64,000 bases of DNA from Candidatus Bipolaricaulota bacterium. Its GTDB lineage: Bacteria > Bipolaricaulota > Bipolaricaulia > UBA7950 > UBA9294. How positions within the stretch are numbered: the first letter of the stretch is position 1; each line of letters begins with the position of its first letter. Where the stretch lies: positions 110,319-174,318 of the forward strand of contig JBFMGK010000027.1 of the NCBI GenBank assembly GCA_040752575.1. The letters are read 5' to 3'. Positions 36,299 through 45,784 of the stretch are shown one piece after another. A program made the position numbers and the translations under genes. Below the pieces are notes generated by a model, which worked only from the letters and a program-made list of their open reading frames with translations, did not search any database and was not told the origin of the DNA.

Positions 36299-39132
36299 TC
36301 GACGCGGAGTTCGAGCGCGCGAGGCGGAAGGCGTCATTGCATAGGATCCTGTCGTTCATCCAGGGCAAACCGTCATTCCTACTGCCGTTTGACGTCGTGC
36401 GGGATGCGGTCGACGTCCGGTCGACGTTCTACGCAGGGATCCGCGAGATCGACCTCGCGAAGGTCGTCGGAAGTGTCAACCGCTACCGCGACTTCGACCG
36501 GGAGTTCCTGCCCACGAGGGATGATTCGGCGGAACGATGGGCGAACGTCCACAGGACGTTCGAAGAGGGTCCCGGCTTCGCTCCCATTCGCGTCTACCAG
36601 GTCGGAGATGCGTACTTCGTCCTCGACGGCAACCATCGTGTATCGGTCGCGAGGCAGATGGGGCTCAAGACGATCGAGGCCGAAGTGACGGTCCTCGAGT
36701 CGCGGGTTCCGTTCGACGGCCGCGTCCAGGCCGACGACATTCCCGTGAAGGCCGGATACGCAGCGTTTCTTCGCCGGACGCACCTCGACGAGAGCCGGCG
36801 GGAGCAGCGGATCGAACTCACGTTGCCCGGCGGATACGCCGTGCTGCTCGAGCACATCGCCGTACACCAGTACTACCTTGGCCTGCGGGAGCGACGAGAT
36901 GTGTCGTACGAGGAGGCGGCGGCGTCCTGGTACGATCACCTCTACCAGCCACTTGCCCGAATTCTCCGCGAAGAGGACCTGTTGCGTTCCTTCCCGGGTC
37001 GCACCGAGGCCGACCTCTACGTCTGGATCGCCGAACACCTGTACTACCTGCGCGAGGAGTTCGGCGATGACGTGCGACTGGACACGGCCGCACGCGATTA
37101 TGTGGAGATGAGACGAACCCCGATCTGGGCGAAGCTTGTGGCGGAATGGGAGGGGAAGATGCGACACGGAGAAGGCGGACGTGCGCCGTGGAGACCCCTG
37201 GGGCGCGAGACGCGGGAGCTTCGGCGCGTCGCCGCGCGGTTGGACCATCTGCGGCGGCAGGGCGACGACCAGCGCTACCGCGTTCCGCGCCGCTGGGTGG
37301 ACCCGGCCGATGCGAGCGGCGACGTGATGGAAGCGTCCGCTGTGCGGTTCTGGCGCGACGCGGTGGACAGGGTCTTGCGCGCCCCCCGAGAGGATCTTCC
37401 CGAGGGGGCGGGGGGCTCATGGACGACCCGATCGACGATATACAACCTGTTCGTGCGAAGTGGATGTGCGTTCGACCACGACGGCGACGGCGTGATCCGC
37501 GCCGAGGGAGCGCGTCGGGAAACCGGGACGTTCCTGAAGGCCATCGCGTTGCTTCCGTACCTGCGCAGTCTCGGCTGCGACGTCGTCCATCTTCTCCCCA
37601 TTGCGTCGATTGGCGCCGACGGCCGAAAAGGGGATCTGGGGTCGCCGTACGCGATTCGCGATCCCTATGCTCTCGACGAGAACCTCGCCGAGCCTCTGCT
37701 CGGTCTGGGTGTGGACGCGGAGTTTCGCGCGTTTGTGGAAGCCGCGCACCATCTCGGGATACGCGTCGTGACGGAATTCGTGTTCCGAACGGCGGCCAAG
37801 GATGCGGCGTGGGCGGAACAGCATCCCGAGTGGTTCTACTGGATCTCGGCCGACGTCCACGATCGCCCCGCAGGTAGTGTCGATGAGGCCCGATACGGGA
37901 ACCCCGTGTTCACGCCCGAGGAACTCCAGCGGCTTCGGGATGCCGTGGCCAAAGAGGAATACGACGACCTTGTGCCGCCGCACGCGAGCTATCGGGCGAT
38001 GTTCTTGCCCGTGCCGCGTCGTGAAGACGTCGCGAGGCGGAAAGGGAGAATTGAAGCGGTGAGCCCTCAGGGTGCCAAGGCGAGGGTTCCCGGGGCGTTC
38101 GCCGATTGGCCGCCGGACGATACGCAGCCTCCGTGGAGCGACGTCACCTACCTGCGCCTCTACGACCATCCCGACTTCAACTACATCGCGTACAACACGG
38201 TCCGGATGTACGACGCGCGGCTTGCCCGGGCGGAACACGCCGTGGTTCCACTCTGGGACAAGATCGTCGGCATCCTCCCTCATTACATCAGGACCTTTGG
38301 CATCGACGGCGCGATGGTCGATATGGGACACGCTCTTCCGCTGGACCTCAAGCGCCGAATCATCACGGAAGCGCGGGCCGCGAAGCCGGATTTCGCCTTC
38401 TGGGACGAAGACTTCTCGCTCCGCCGAGCCTCGCGCGACGAGGGGTACAACGCGGCGATGGGGAGTCTGTGGTGGACGCTGCACCGCGCGGAGGAACTCA
38501 CGCAGCACGTCCTTCCGGGCTTGGCGCGCGAGGCTTCGCCGCTGCCGTTCTTCGCGACGCCCGAGACCCACAATACGCCTCGCTGTGCTTCTCGGTTCGG
38601 GGGGCGGGAGCGTTCCCGCGCCTCGTGGGCCGTTGCCGCCTTTCTCCCTGGCGTTCCGTTTGTCCACGGCGGGTTCGAACTCGGCGAGGTTCATCCTGTG
38701 AATACCGGGCTTGACTTCCCTCCCGACGCCGCGGCCACGTACCCAGCGGAGGGGCTTCCCCTCTATGCCGCGCGCGCCTATGATTGGGCCGCCTCCGGCG
38801 ACATCACGGCGGTACTCCGTCGTTGTCTCGAGATTCGTGCAGAGTTTCTCGACGTGATCTGCGACCCGTCTCCGGCCTCCCTTTCGGTGCTTTCGGCCGC
38901 TGAAGGTGCGGTGGCGTATGAGCGACGTGGCGACGGAGGGCGAGTGGCCGTTGCGGCGAACCTCTCGGCTGCACCGACGCGCGTGCGGCTCTCAGGGTTG
39001 TCGTTCGGCGACGGAGAGTGCATCGATCGGCTCGGAGGCCGGCGGGTTGTCGTCATCGGCGGCGATGCCTCGCTCGATCTGGCGCCGTGGGAGGCGATCG
39101 TGATGAGCGAACGCACGGCGCGATCGTCCTAG
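36295..39132 (+). CDS. Fusion: ParB/Srx-like domain + DUF4032-like helical domain + maltosyltransferase-like GH13 domain
   Basis: TTG start overlaps the upstream TGA; GSVNRYRDFDREFLP and YFVLDGNHRVSVA; EHIAVHQYYL..WYDHLY..RTEADLYVWI; GTFLKAIALLPYL, GSPYAIRD, DGAMVDMGHALP, PETHNTPR. Confidence 0.8.
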   Translation: MIDAEFERARRKASLHRILSFIQGKPSFLLPFDVVRDAVDVRSTFYAGIREIDLAKVVGSVNRYRDFDREFLPTRDDSAERWANVHRTFEEGPGFAPIRVYQVGDAYFVLDGNHRVSVARQMGLKTIEAEVTVLESRVPFDGRVQADDIPVKAGYAAFLRRTHLDESRREQRIELTLPGGYAVLLEHIAVHQYYLGLRERRDVSYEEAAASWYDHLYQPLARILREEDLLRSFPGRTEADLYVWIAEHLYYLREEFGDDVRLDTAARDYVEMRRTPIWAKLVAEWEGKMRHGEGGRAPWRPLGRETRELRRVAARLDHLRRQGDDQRYRVPRRWVDPADASGDVMEASAVRFWRDAVDRVLRAPREDLPEGAGGSWTTRSTIYNLFVRSGCAFDHDGDGVIRAEGARRETGTFLKAIALLPYLRSLGCDVVHLLPIASIGADGRKGDLGSPYAIRDPYALDENLAEPLLGLGVDAEFRAFVEAAHHLGIRVVTEFVFRTAAKDAAWAEQHPEWFYWISADVHDRPAGSVDEARYGNPVFTPEELQRLRDAVAKEEYDDLVPPHASYRAMFLPVPRREDVARRKGRIEAVSPQGAKARVPGAFADWPPDDTQPPWSDVTYLRLYDHPDFNYIAYNTVRMYDARLARAEHAVVPLWDKIVGILPHYIRTFGIDGAMVDMGHALPLDLKRRIITEARAAKPDFAFWDEDFSLRRASRDEGYNAAMGSLWWTLHRAEELTQHVLPGLAREASPLPFFATPETHNTPRCASRFGGRERSRASWAVAAFLPGVPFVHGGFELGEVHPVNTGLDFPPDAAATYPAEGLPLYAARAYDWAASGDITAVLRRCLEIRAEFLDVICDPSPASLSVLSAAEGAVAYERRGDGGRVAVAANLSAAPTRVRLSGLSFGDGECIDRLGGRRVVVIGGDASLDLAPWEAIVMSERTARSS

Positions 39133-39668
39133 CTGGCGGCGGCGAACCCCTCTTCGAGCGCCTTTTCATTGACCGCGATCAACTTGTCCTTGCCGCTGCT
39201 CTGGAGAGCGGCCGCCATCGCGGCCTTGATGCGTTCAAGAGAGACGATGCCGGTGGCTCGAGCGTAGGCGCCCAAGGCAACCATGTTCCCTGTGCGCGCG
39301 TTGCCGGCACGAAGGGCGAGATCGTTGATCGGAAGCGCGAACGAGGCGAGGTCGGTCCGCCTCACGGGACGCTCGATGAGCGATCGGTTCACGATCAACA
39401 CGCCGCCCTTTGCGACGACGGACTCGAACTTCTCGAGTGAGGGGAGGTTCATCGCAATGACGGCGGTGGGCTCGTCGACGATCGGCGAACCGACCGGAGC
39501 ATCGGAGAGGACGACCGTGCAATTGGCCGTTCCGCCCCGCATTTCCGGGCCGTACGAGGGGAGCCACGTGACCTCGAGTCCGCTGTCCATCCCCGCTTGG
39601 GCAAGGATCTTGCCGGCGAGGATGACGCCCTGACCGCCAAACCCGGCGATGACGACTGACGATTCCAT
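39129..39668 (-). CDS. 2-oxoacid:ferredoxin oxidoreductase gamma subunit
   Basis: IAGFGGQGV, WLPSYGPEMRGGTANC, NMVALGA. Confidence 0.92.
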   Translation of the reverse strand: MESSVVIAGFGGQGVILAGKILAQAGMDSGLEVTWLPSYGPEMRGGTANCTVVLSDAPVGSPIVDEPTAVIAMNLPSLEKFESVVAKGGVLIVNRSLIERPVRRTDLASFALPINDLALRAGNARTGNMVALGAYARATGIVSLERIKAAMAAALQSSGKDKLIAVNEKALEEGFAAAS

Positions 39669-39674
39669 CGTCGA

Positions 39675-40433
39675 CTACCCCCTGTTCACGAGGTCGCCGA
39701 GCGGGAAGACCTTCGTAACCACCTCGGCGACGTGGCGATTGGATTCCACAGGTGTCATGTGCCAGTTCGTCGGGCACGTGGAGAGGATCTCGACGAGCGA
39801 GTACCCCTTGCCTTCGACCTGATTCTGGAAGGCCTTTCTGATCGCTTGAGTGCAATCGAGGATGCGGCGCGTGTCGTAGAGAGCTTGGCGGGTCACATAC
39901 ACCGGTGCGTCAAGCTGCGCGATGATCTCGGAGAAACGAATCGGATACCCGCACGTCTTCGGATCGCGTCCGTCCGGCGACGTAATGGTCTTCTGTGCGA
40001 CCAGCGTGGTGGGGGCCATCTCGCCGCCCGTCATCCCGTAGATCTGGTTGTTGACGAAGATGACGGTGATGTTCTCGCCCCGATTGGCGGCATGGATCGA
40101 TTCCGCCGTACCGATGCTCGCGAAGTCGCCGTCGCCCTGATAGGAAAAGACGACGAGATCCGGGCGCGCACGTTTGACGCCCGTGGCGACCGCGCTGGCG
40201 CGGCCATGGGCTACCTGAAGGGCATCGCAGCGGTACCAGAGGTAGGCGAAGACGGAGCAGCCTACGGGGGCGATGCCGACCGTACGCTCCTGAATGCCGA
40301 GCTCGTCAAGGACCTGCCCGATGATCCGCGTGATGATGCCGTGGTGACAGCCCGGACAATACGTGAAACGGACGTCGGTAAGGCTTTTGGGGCGCGAGAA
40401 GACCGTCACCGTCTTGGCCGTGTCAGTGGGCAT
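39675..40433 (-). CDS. 2-oxoacid:ferredoxin oxidoreductase beta subunit (TPP-binding)
   Basis: YCPGCHHG, PVGCS, HGRA, YQGDGD, NNQIYGMTGG, CPTNW. Confidence 0.92.
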   Translation of the reverse strand: MPTDTAKTVTVFSRPKSLTDVRFTYCPGCHHGIITRIIGQVLDELGIQERTVGIAPVGCSVFAYLWYRCDALQVAHGRASAVATGVKRARPDLVVFSYQGDGDFASIGTAESIHAANRGENITVIFVNNQIYGMTGGEMAPTTLVAQKTITSPDGRDPKTCGYPIRFSEIIAQLDAPVYVTRQALYDTRRILDCTQAIRKAFQNQVEGKGYSLVEILSTCPTNWHMTPVESNRHVAEVVTKVFPLGDLVNRG

Positions 40434-41478
40434 GCTTCCTCACCTCGCTCAGGATCTCTCGGGGCGTCGGGACGACGCCGCCCATCTCGCCATAGAACGG
40501 AGTGCCCGCCCGCTCAGCGACGGCGAGTCTCACGTCCTCCCACATCTGCCCGGCGCTCATCTCGACGGTCAGCACCGTGCGAACGCGTCCGGCGAGCTCG
40601 CGCAGTGCATCGTACGGGAACGGCCAGAGCGTGATCGGGCGGAACAGCCCGACGCGAAGTCCCTCGTCCCGCGCCATGCGCACGACCGTCTTGGCGATTC
40701 GCGCGATCGTGCCGTAGGCGACGACGACGAGATCTGCGTCGTCGACGTCGGCGGTCTCGTAGCGAATCTCGGCGGCCCGGATGGCATCGTACTTTGCCTG
40801 CAGCTCCAGGTTCATCCTCTTCAGGTTCTCCGGGGCGAGGTCGAAGCTCAGGACGATGTTCGGATCGCGGCCGCGGGCTCCCGTCGTCGCCCAGGGCTTC
40901 TCCGGCAGCGTGGCGGGGTCGATCGGCTCCGGAAGCTCGACCGCCTCCATCATCTGTCCGAGAAGCCCGTCGGCAAGGATCATTACGGGCGTGCGGTAGC
41001 GATCGGCCAGCTCGAAGGCGAGTGCGGTGAGTTCTCCGGCCTCGGGAACGGTCGACGGGCCGAGGACGATCATGTGGTAGTCGCCATGCCCGCCGCCCTT
41101 GGTCGCCTGGAAGTAGTCGCTCTGCGCAGGCGCGATGTTACCAAGCCCCGGGCCACCCCGTACGACGTTGACGATGACGGCCGGGAGATTCGAGCCGGCG
41201 ATGTACGAGATCCCTTCGAGTTTGAGGCTGATCCCCGGCGAAGACGAGGAGGTCATCGTCCGCACGCCCGCGGCGGACGCCCCGTACACCATGTTGATCG
41301 CCGCGACTTCGCTCTCCGCCTGGATAAACGTGCGGCCGAGAGCGGGCATCCGGCGAGCCATGTGCTCAACGAGCTCGCCTTGGGGCGTGATCGGGTACGC
41401 GAAGTAGCACTGACAGCCGGCGCGGATGGCCGCCTCGGCGATGACTTCGTTGCCGCGTAGTAGCAGCCGGTCAGACAT
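40423..41478 (-). CDS. 2-oxoacid:ferredoxin oxidoreductase alpha subunit (VorB-like)
   Basis: GNEVIAEAA, YPITPQ, QAESEVAA, TSSSSPG, RGGPGLG, QSDYFQATKGGGHGD. Confidence 0.92.
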   Translation of the reverse strand: MSDRLLLRGNEVIAEAAIRAGCQCYFAYPITPQGELVEHMARRMPALGRTFIQAESEVAAINMVYGASAAGVRTMTSSSSPGISLKLEGISYIAGSNLPAVIVNVVRGGPGLGNIAPAQSDYFQATKGGGHGDYHMIVLGPSTVPEAGELTALAFELADRYRTPVMILADGLLGQMMEAVELPEPIDPATLPEKPWATTGARGRDPNIVLSFDLAPENLKRMNLELQAKYDAIRAAEIRYETADVDDADLVVVAYGTIARIAKTVVRMARDEGLRVGLFRPITLWPFPYDALRELAGRVRTVLTVEMSAGQMWEDVRLAVAERAGTPFYGEMGGVVPTPREILSEVRKHAH

Positions 41479-41487
41479 GTCGTCTCC

Positions 41488-41712
41488 TTACGCCGAGGGT
41501 TTCTCGCGGTAGACGGCCAACGCGATGTCCGGACACGTGAGGGCGCAGAATGCGCAGCCGACACAGCTTTCGGGTTTCGCGACGCATACGGTGTCGTATC
41601 CGCTCTGGTTCAGGGTTCCCGAGAGCGCGAGCACGTGCTGCGGGCAAGCCGCAATGCACAGCCCGCATCCCTTGCACCGCTCGACGTCGACGACGACCAG
41701 ACCGCGCGCCAT
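41488..41712 (-). CDS. 2[4Fe-4S] ferredoxin (oxidoreductase delta subunit)
   Basis: [12 protein letters not shown] and [21 protein letters not shown]. Confidence 0.92.
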   Translation of the reverse strand: MARGLVVVDVERCKGCGLCIAACPQHVLALSGTLNQSGYDTVCVAKPESCVGCAFCALTCPDIALAVYREKPSA

Positions 41713-41746
41713 TCGACCTCCTCTTGTCTCTTGCGTCCGCGCCGTG

Positions 41747-42202
41747 CTACGAGTCTCGTGGACGATGCCCGCCCGGGGCGGGATCTACAGCCCTCTTGCC
41801 GCGGCGCTTTCGGGCGCGCGCAATCGCGCTGCCCGCTCGGGCGACCCAATCGCGCACGCCGTCCTCGTGGGACGAGAGGCGCGGCACATCCGCTTCGCGC
41901 CGAAGAGACGTTCCCCGGCGATCGGCAAGAACCTGGTGGAGCCTGTCGAACTCCTGATCGAAGGCCGCTACGCTGTCCGCGTCGGCGCCCCGTCCAACCC
42001 TAAGAGGGGCCACGAGACTGCGGCCATCGGCGGCGCGCCCTTCCAGGACGAACTCACCGCGATATCCGACGGGCGCGTCAAAGCCCGGGCAAGGACGAAG
42101 CGTTGCGACCTCATCGGAGTCGAGACGCACCTCGGGCCCGGCTTCTCCCGCGACGATTTCGCCGAAGAGGGTTACGCGGTCATTCCAGCGCCGCTCATCC
42201 AC
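41747..42202 (-). CDS. Hypothetical protein (possibly degenerate S1/YabR-like)
   Basis: Fills the gap downstream of rpmB on the same strand; GAGGT before GTG; basic C-terminal tail. Confidence 0.45.
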   Translation of the reverse strand: MDERRWNDRVTLFGEIVAGEAGPEVRLDSDEVATLRPCPGFDAPVGYRGEFVLEGRAADGRSLVAPLRVGRGADADSVAAFDQEFDRLHQVLADRRGTSLRREADVPRLSSHEDGVRDWVARAGSAIARARKRRGKRAVDPAPGGHRPRDS

Positions 42203-42216
42203 GCGGGAGACCTCGG

Positions 42217-42408
42217 CTACGATGCCTTGACTACGCGACCGGACTTGATGCACTGCGTGCAGACCCGCACCCATGCACGGCGTCCGTCGACCACAGCGTG
42301 GATGCGCTGCAGATTCGGTGCCTGGACACGGCGGGTGTGTCGCATCGAGTGGCTCACCATGTTCGCGGTGAGCGGCCGCTTCCCGCACACGCTACAGACC
42401 TTGGACAT
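42217..42408 (-). CDS. rpmB: 50S ribosomal protein L28
   Basis: MSKVCSVCGK...NMVSHS...PNLQ...VCTQCIKSG. Confidence 0.95.
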   Translation of the reverse strand: MSKVCSVCGKRPLTANMVSHSMRHTRRVQAPNLQRIHAVVDGRRAWVRVCTQCIKSGRVVKAS

Positions 42409-42426
42409 CCCGGTTCACCTCGTTCT

Positions 42427-43083
42427 TTACCTTCCCACGGCCCCGAGCAGGGGCTCCGTGTACAGCGGTTCAAGCTCGCACAGATTGCTGTCGCGCAGTT
42501 CAAGTCCCAGGCGGGCGACGGCAAGGGCCGACGGAGACAGAGCCTCCGGCCGACCGAGGCGGACCCGCTCCGGAACCGCGACAGCCCCGACCGCTCGAAC
42601 CGCCCCGCTCCCCACGACCAGCACGGGACGTTCGTCGTGCACCAGACGCTCCACGAGATCTGCCTCGCGGAGCGCCAGGGTTGCCGTGGTCGGCTTCATG
42701 CCTGCGTACCAGCGAGCGTACACCATATCGTGTCGGCTCGCGATGACAACGCACACGCGATGGGCTTCGGCTCCCGCCTGGTGGCGATACGCCTGCGTCC
42801 CCTCGACTCCCCGCAACGGCACGCCCAACGCCTGGCACAGGCCCTTGGCGGTCGCCAAACCGATGCGTAGGCCGGTAAACGAACCCGGCCCCAGGTTGAC
42901 GCAGACGGCCCCCACGTCCTGGACGCTGAGGCCCGTCTCGGCGAGCGACTCGCTGACCGTCGGGAGAAGGCACTCGGCGTGACGCAGAGGCTCGGCGAGG
43001 GCTCGCTCGACGGCAAGACCCGCCCCGTCGACCAGAGCCACGCTGCCGCGCGACTCCGACGTATCGATTCCGACGACGAGCAT
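42427..43083 (-). CDS. tsaB: tRNA t6A biosynthesis protein TsaB
   Basis: VVGIDTS, HAECLLP, GPGSFTGLRIG, EPLY. Confidence 0.92.
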   Translation of the reverse strand: MLVVGIDTSESRGSVALVDGAGLAVERALAEPLRHAECLLPTVSESLAETGLSVQDVGAVCVNLGPGSFTGLRIGLATAKGLCQALGVPLRGVEGTQAYRHQAGAEAHRVCVVIASRHDMVYARWYAGMKPTTATLALREADLVERLVHDERPVLVVGSGAVRAVGAVAVPERVRLGRPEALSPSALAVARLGLELRDSNLCELEPLYTEPLLGAVGR

Positions 43084-43118
43084 GCCAAGGGGCATGGTAG
43101 GCTAGTGCGGGCATGGTT

Positions 43119-44036
43119 TCAACCGACCCAGAGAGCCTCCGACGGAGGAAAGAGGTCAACGTTCGCGGCGACGGCATCCACGTCGGCGGCGATCGCACGG
43201 CGCAGCTCTTCCAGGGACGGGAAGGGGCGGTCTCCGCGGATCCTTGTCAGAAGCTGAACCTCCAATCGCCGATTCCTCAGGTCGGTGACGGGGCGGCGCA
43301 AGAGGTGGGCTTCAACTCGTTGGGGAGAGTCCTCGAGCGTAGGGCGGCTGCCGATGTAGACGAGGCTTGCTGTCGCCCCTGGGGAGGGGGCGGCAAAGGC
43401 CCACGCCGCGTAGACGCCGTCCGCCGGCAGCAGAACGGCCGGACTCACGTCCAGGTTGGCCGTAGGGAAGCCGAGCTGCTCCCCCAGGCCGTCACCTCGG
43501 ACCACCGTGCCGAGCAGGACGGGCGGTCGACCGAGAAGGCGGCGCGCCTCCTCGACGGCTCCCGCCCGCACGAGGGCGCGGATGCGCGTTGAGCTTACGG
43601 GAAGGCCGTCTACGTAGACAGGATCGACGACGACCACGTCCACGCCGTGCGACGTCGCTTCGCCACGCAACGTCTCGACCACTCCGCGACGCTCGTGACC
43701 GAAGCGAAAGTCATAACCCACGACGACGGCCGACGCAGCCAGGCGGTTCACGATCTCGCGTTCGACGAACTCGTGCGGCGTCAGGAGGCGAAGATGGGCG
43801 AAGGTCCCCTCGACGACGCGGTCGGCCGATCGCGAGAGGAGCGATCTCCTGGCGTCGGGCGGCAGGAGAAGGGCCGGTGGGCCGCCAGCGATCGCCGCGC
43901 GGGGCGAAACATCGAAGGTATAGGCCACCGAGGCGGCGCCGCGTCGAGACGCTTCACGGCGCGCGGCGGCGAGGACCGCCGCGTGGCCGATGTGCACGCC
44001 GTCGAACATCCCGACAGCAACCACCGAAGACTGCAT
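43119..44036 (-). CDS. ribF: Bifunctional riboflavin kinase/FAD synthetase
   Basis: GMFDGVHIGH, VGYDFRFG, VSSTRIR, LGFPTAN, GVYA, GSRPT, EAHLL. Confidence 0.93.
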   Translation of the reverse strand: MQSSVVAVGMFDGVHIGHAAVLAAARREASRRGAASVAYTFDVSPRAAIAGGPPALLLPPDARRSLLSRSADRVVEGTFAHLRLLTPHEFVEREIVNRLAASAVVVGYDFRFGHERRGVVETLRGEATSHGVDVVVVDPVYVDGLPVSSTRIRALVRAGAVEEARRLLGRPPVLLGTVVRGDGLGEQLGFPTANLDVSPAVLLPADGVYAAWAFAAPSPGATASLVYIGSRPTLEDSPQRVEAHLLRRPVTDLRNRRLEVQLLTRIRGDRPFPSLEELRRAIAADVDAVAANVDLFPPSEALWVG

Positions 44037-44141
44037 GCAATCACCTCCGCGCTCCGCGTGCGCACTATGGTACCCAACTCCTCCGAGGGCTTGAGGTGGG
44101 AGTTGGAGCCGGGGCCCGCGGGGCCGTAAGATCGCCCGGTC

Positions 44142-45149
44142 ATGAGGACGGAACGGATCGCCTCTCAAGAGCCGGATGACGAGGAAGTCCAGGCAAACTT
44201 GCGTCCGCGTACGCTCGAGGAGTTCGTCGGCCAGTCCGAGATCAAAGAGAAGCTCCGCATCTACGTTGAGGCGGCGACGCGGCGTCGCGAGCCCCTGGAC
44301 CACGTCCTGCTGTCCGGTCCCCCAGGGCTGGGGAAGACAACGCTCGCGCAGATCATCGCCTCCGAGATGGGCGTCGACTTCCGCGTCAGTTCAGGCCCGG
44401 CCATCGAGAAGGCCGGCGATCTTGCGGCCATCCTGACCAATCTGCACGCCGGCGACGTGTTCTTCATCGACGAGATTCACCGCCTGCGCCGCAACGTGGA
44501 GGAGATCCTGTACCCGGCAATGGAGGACCGGAAGATCGACATCGTCATCGGCGAAGGGCCGAATGCGCAGTCGCTGCGGATCGACTTGCCCGCTTTCACG
44601 CTGATCGGGGCCACGACGCGCTCAGGGCTGATGTCGGCTCCGATGCGGGATCGCTTCGAGGTTCAGTTCCGCTTGGGCTTCTACGGGGCGGAGGACTTGA
44701 CCGAGATCGTGGTCCGGTCGGGGCGGCTGCTGGGGATTGACGTGACCCCCGAAGGCGCAATGGAGCTGGCCCGTCGCGCTCGCGGCACGCCGCGTATCGC
44801 CAACCGGTTGTTGCGCCGAACACGAGATGTGGCCGAGGTTCGCGGCGAGGGGCGGGTAGATCTCGAGACAACGCGGCGGGCGCTCGACATGCTTCGCATC
44901 GATGCGGCGGGCCTCGACGATCTCGATCGACAGGTTCTTGTGGTCCTGATCGACAAGTTCTCCGGGGGCCCCGTCGGACTCGAGACGCTAGCCGCGGCGC
45001 TGTCCGAGGAGAAGGACACGCTGACCGATGTCGTGGAGCCGTTCCTGCTTCAGGAAGGCTTCGTGCAACGCACGCCACAAGGCCGGGTCGCGACCGATCG
45101 CGCCTACGAGCACTTGGGGCGCGCGCCGGCCATGGGCCGACTTCTCTAG
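44142..45149 (+). CDS. ruvB: Holliday junction branch migration helicase
   Basis: [65 protein letters not shown]. Confidence 0.97.
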   Translation: MRTERIASQEPDDEEVQANLRPRTLEEFVGQSEIKEKLRIYVEAATRRREPLDHVLLSGPPGLGKTTLAQIIASEMGVDFRVSSGPAIEKAGDLAAILTNLHAGDVFFIDEIHRLRRNVEEILYPAMEDRKIDIVIGEGPNAQSLRIDLPAFTLIGATTRSGLMSAPMRDRFEVQFRLGFYGAEDLTEIVVRSGRLLGIDVTPEGAMELARRARGTPRIANRLLRRTRDVAEVRGEGRVDLETTRRALDMLRIDAAGLDDLDRQVLVVLIDKFSGGPVGLETLAAALSEEKDTLTDVVEPFLLQEGFVQRTPQGRVATDRAYEHLGRAPAMGRLL

Positions 45150-45160
45150 CACCGCTCGAC

Positions 45161-45682
45161 CTATGTTCGTCGCCCGAGCTTGCGGGCGTTTTCGATGAAC
45201 TCCTGGACGACGCCCTTGAATCGTCCCCAATCCAGCAGAAGCGCGGCCACGATCCATACGAAGTACGCGAGTGCGGCGCGCGGCGCTTCGCGGGTCGCAA
45301 CGATGAGCGGCAGGGCCACGACGGGGAACGCGAAGGACATCGTCACGGACTTCGACCGGAAGTAGGCGATGCACGCGGCGGCGACCATCACGTAGAACAG
45401 CGACCAGGAGAGCGGGACCAGCCCCGCCATCATGAGGTAGAACAGGCAAGAGAACACCATGAGCATGTCGAACGTGAACTCCTGCTCGCCCACCCAGGTC
45501 GGGGGCTTGTTGTACTTGCGTGCGAGCCGTCCGTCGAGAATGTCCGTCGTCCAACCGATCATGGTCAGCAGGATGACGGCCTCGAGGGCCGCCCTCCCCA
45601 CGAAACCGAGGGAGAAGATGGCCAGCGCGATGGCGCCGCGGGACAATGTCAAGAGATCTGGAACCCGTTTCATCTCGCTCAC
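45161..45682 (-). CDS. CDP-alcohol phosphatidyltransferase family protein
   Basis: PDLLTLSR, TDILDGRLARK...GEQEFTFD motif; hydrophobic. Confidence 0.8.
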   Translation of the reverse strand: MSEMKRVPDLLTLSRGAIALAIFSLGFVGRAALEAVILLTMIGWTTDILDGRLARKYNKPPTWVGEQEFTFDMLMVFSCLFYLMMAGLVPLSWSLFYVMVAAACIAYFRSKSVTMSFAFPVVALPLIVATREAPRAALAYFVWIVAALLLDWGRFKGVVQEFIENARKLGRRT

Positions 45683-45784
45683 CCGACTCGATTGTAGGGC
45701 TGTGCCTCCTGGGCGACAACTCGCGCCAGTTGGCCTGGGAGGGACGCGGCTCTAGAATGGCGAGGGCCGTCTTGGAGGTGCGGG

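Noticed and set aside
41525..42982. 485-aa plus-strand ORF
   Set aside because: Antisense to ferredoxin, rpmB and tsaB, which have clear motifs
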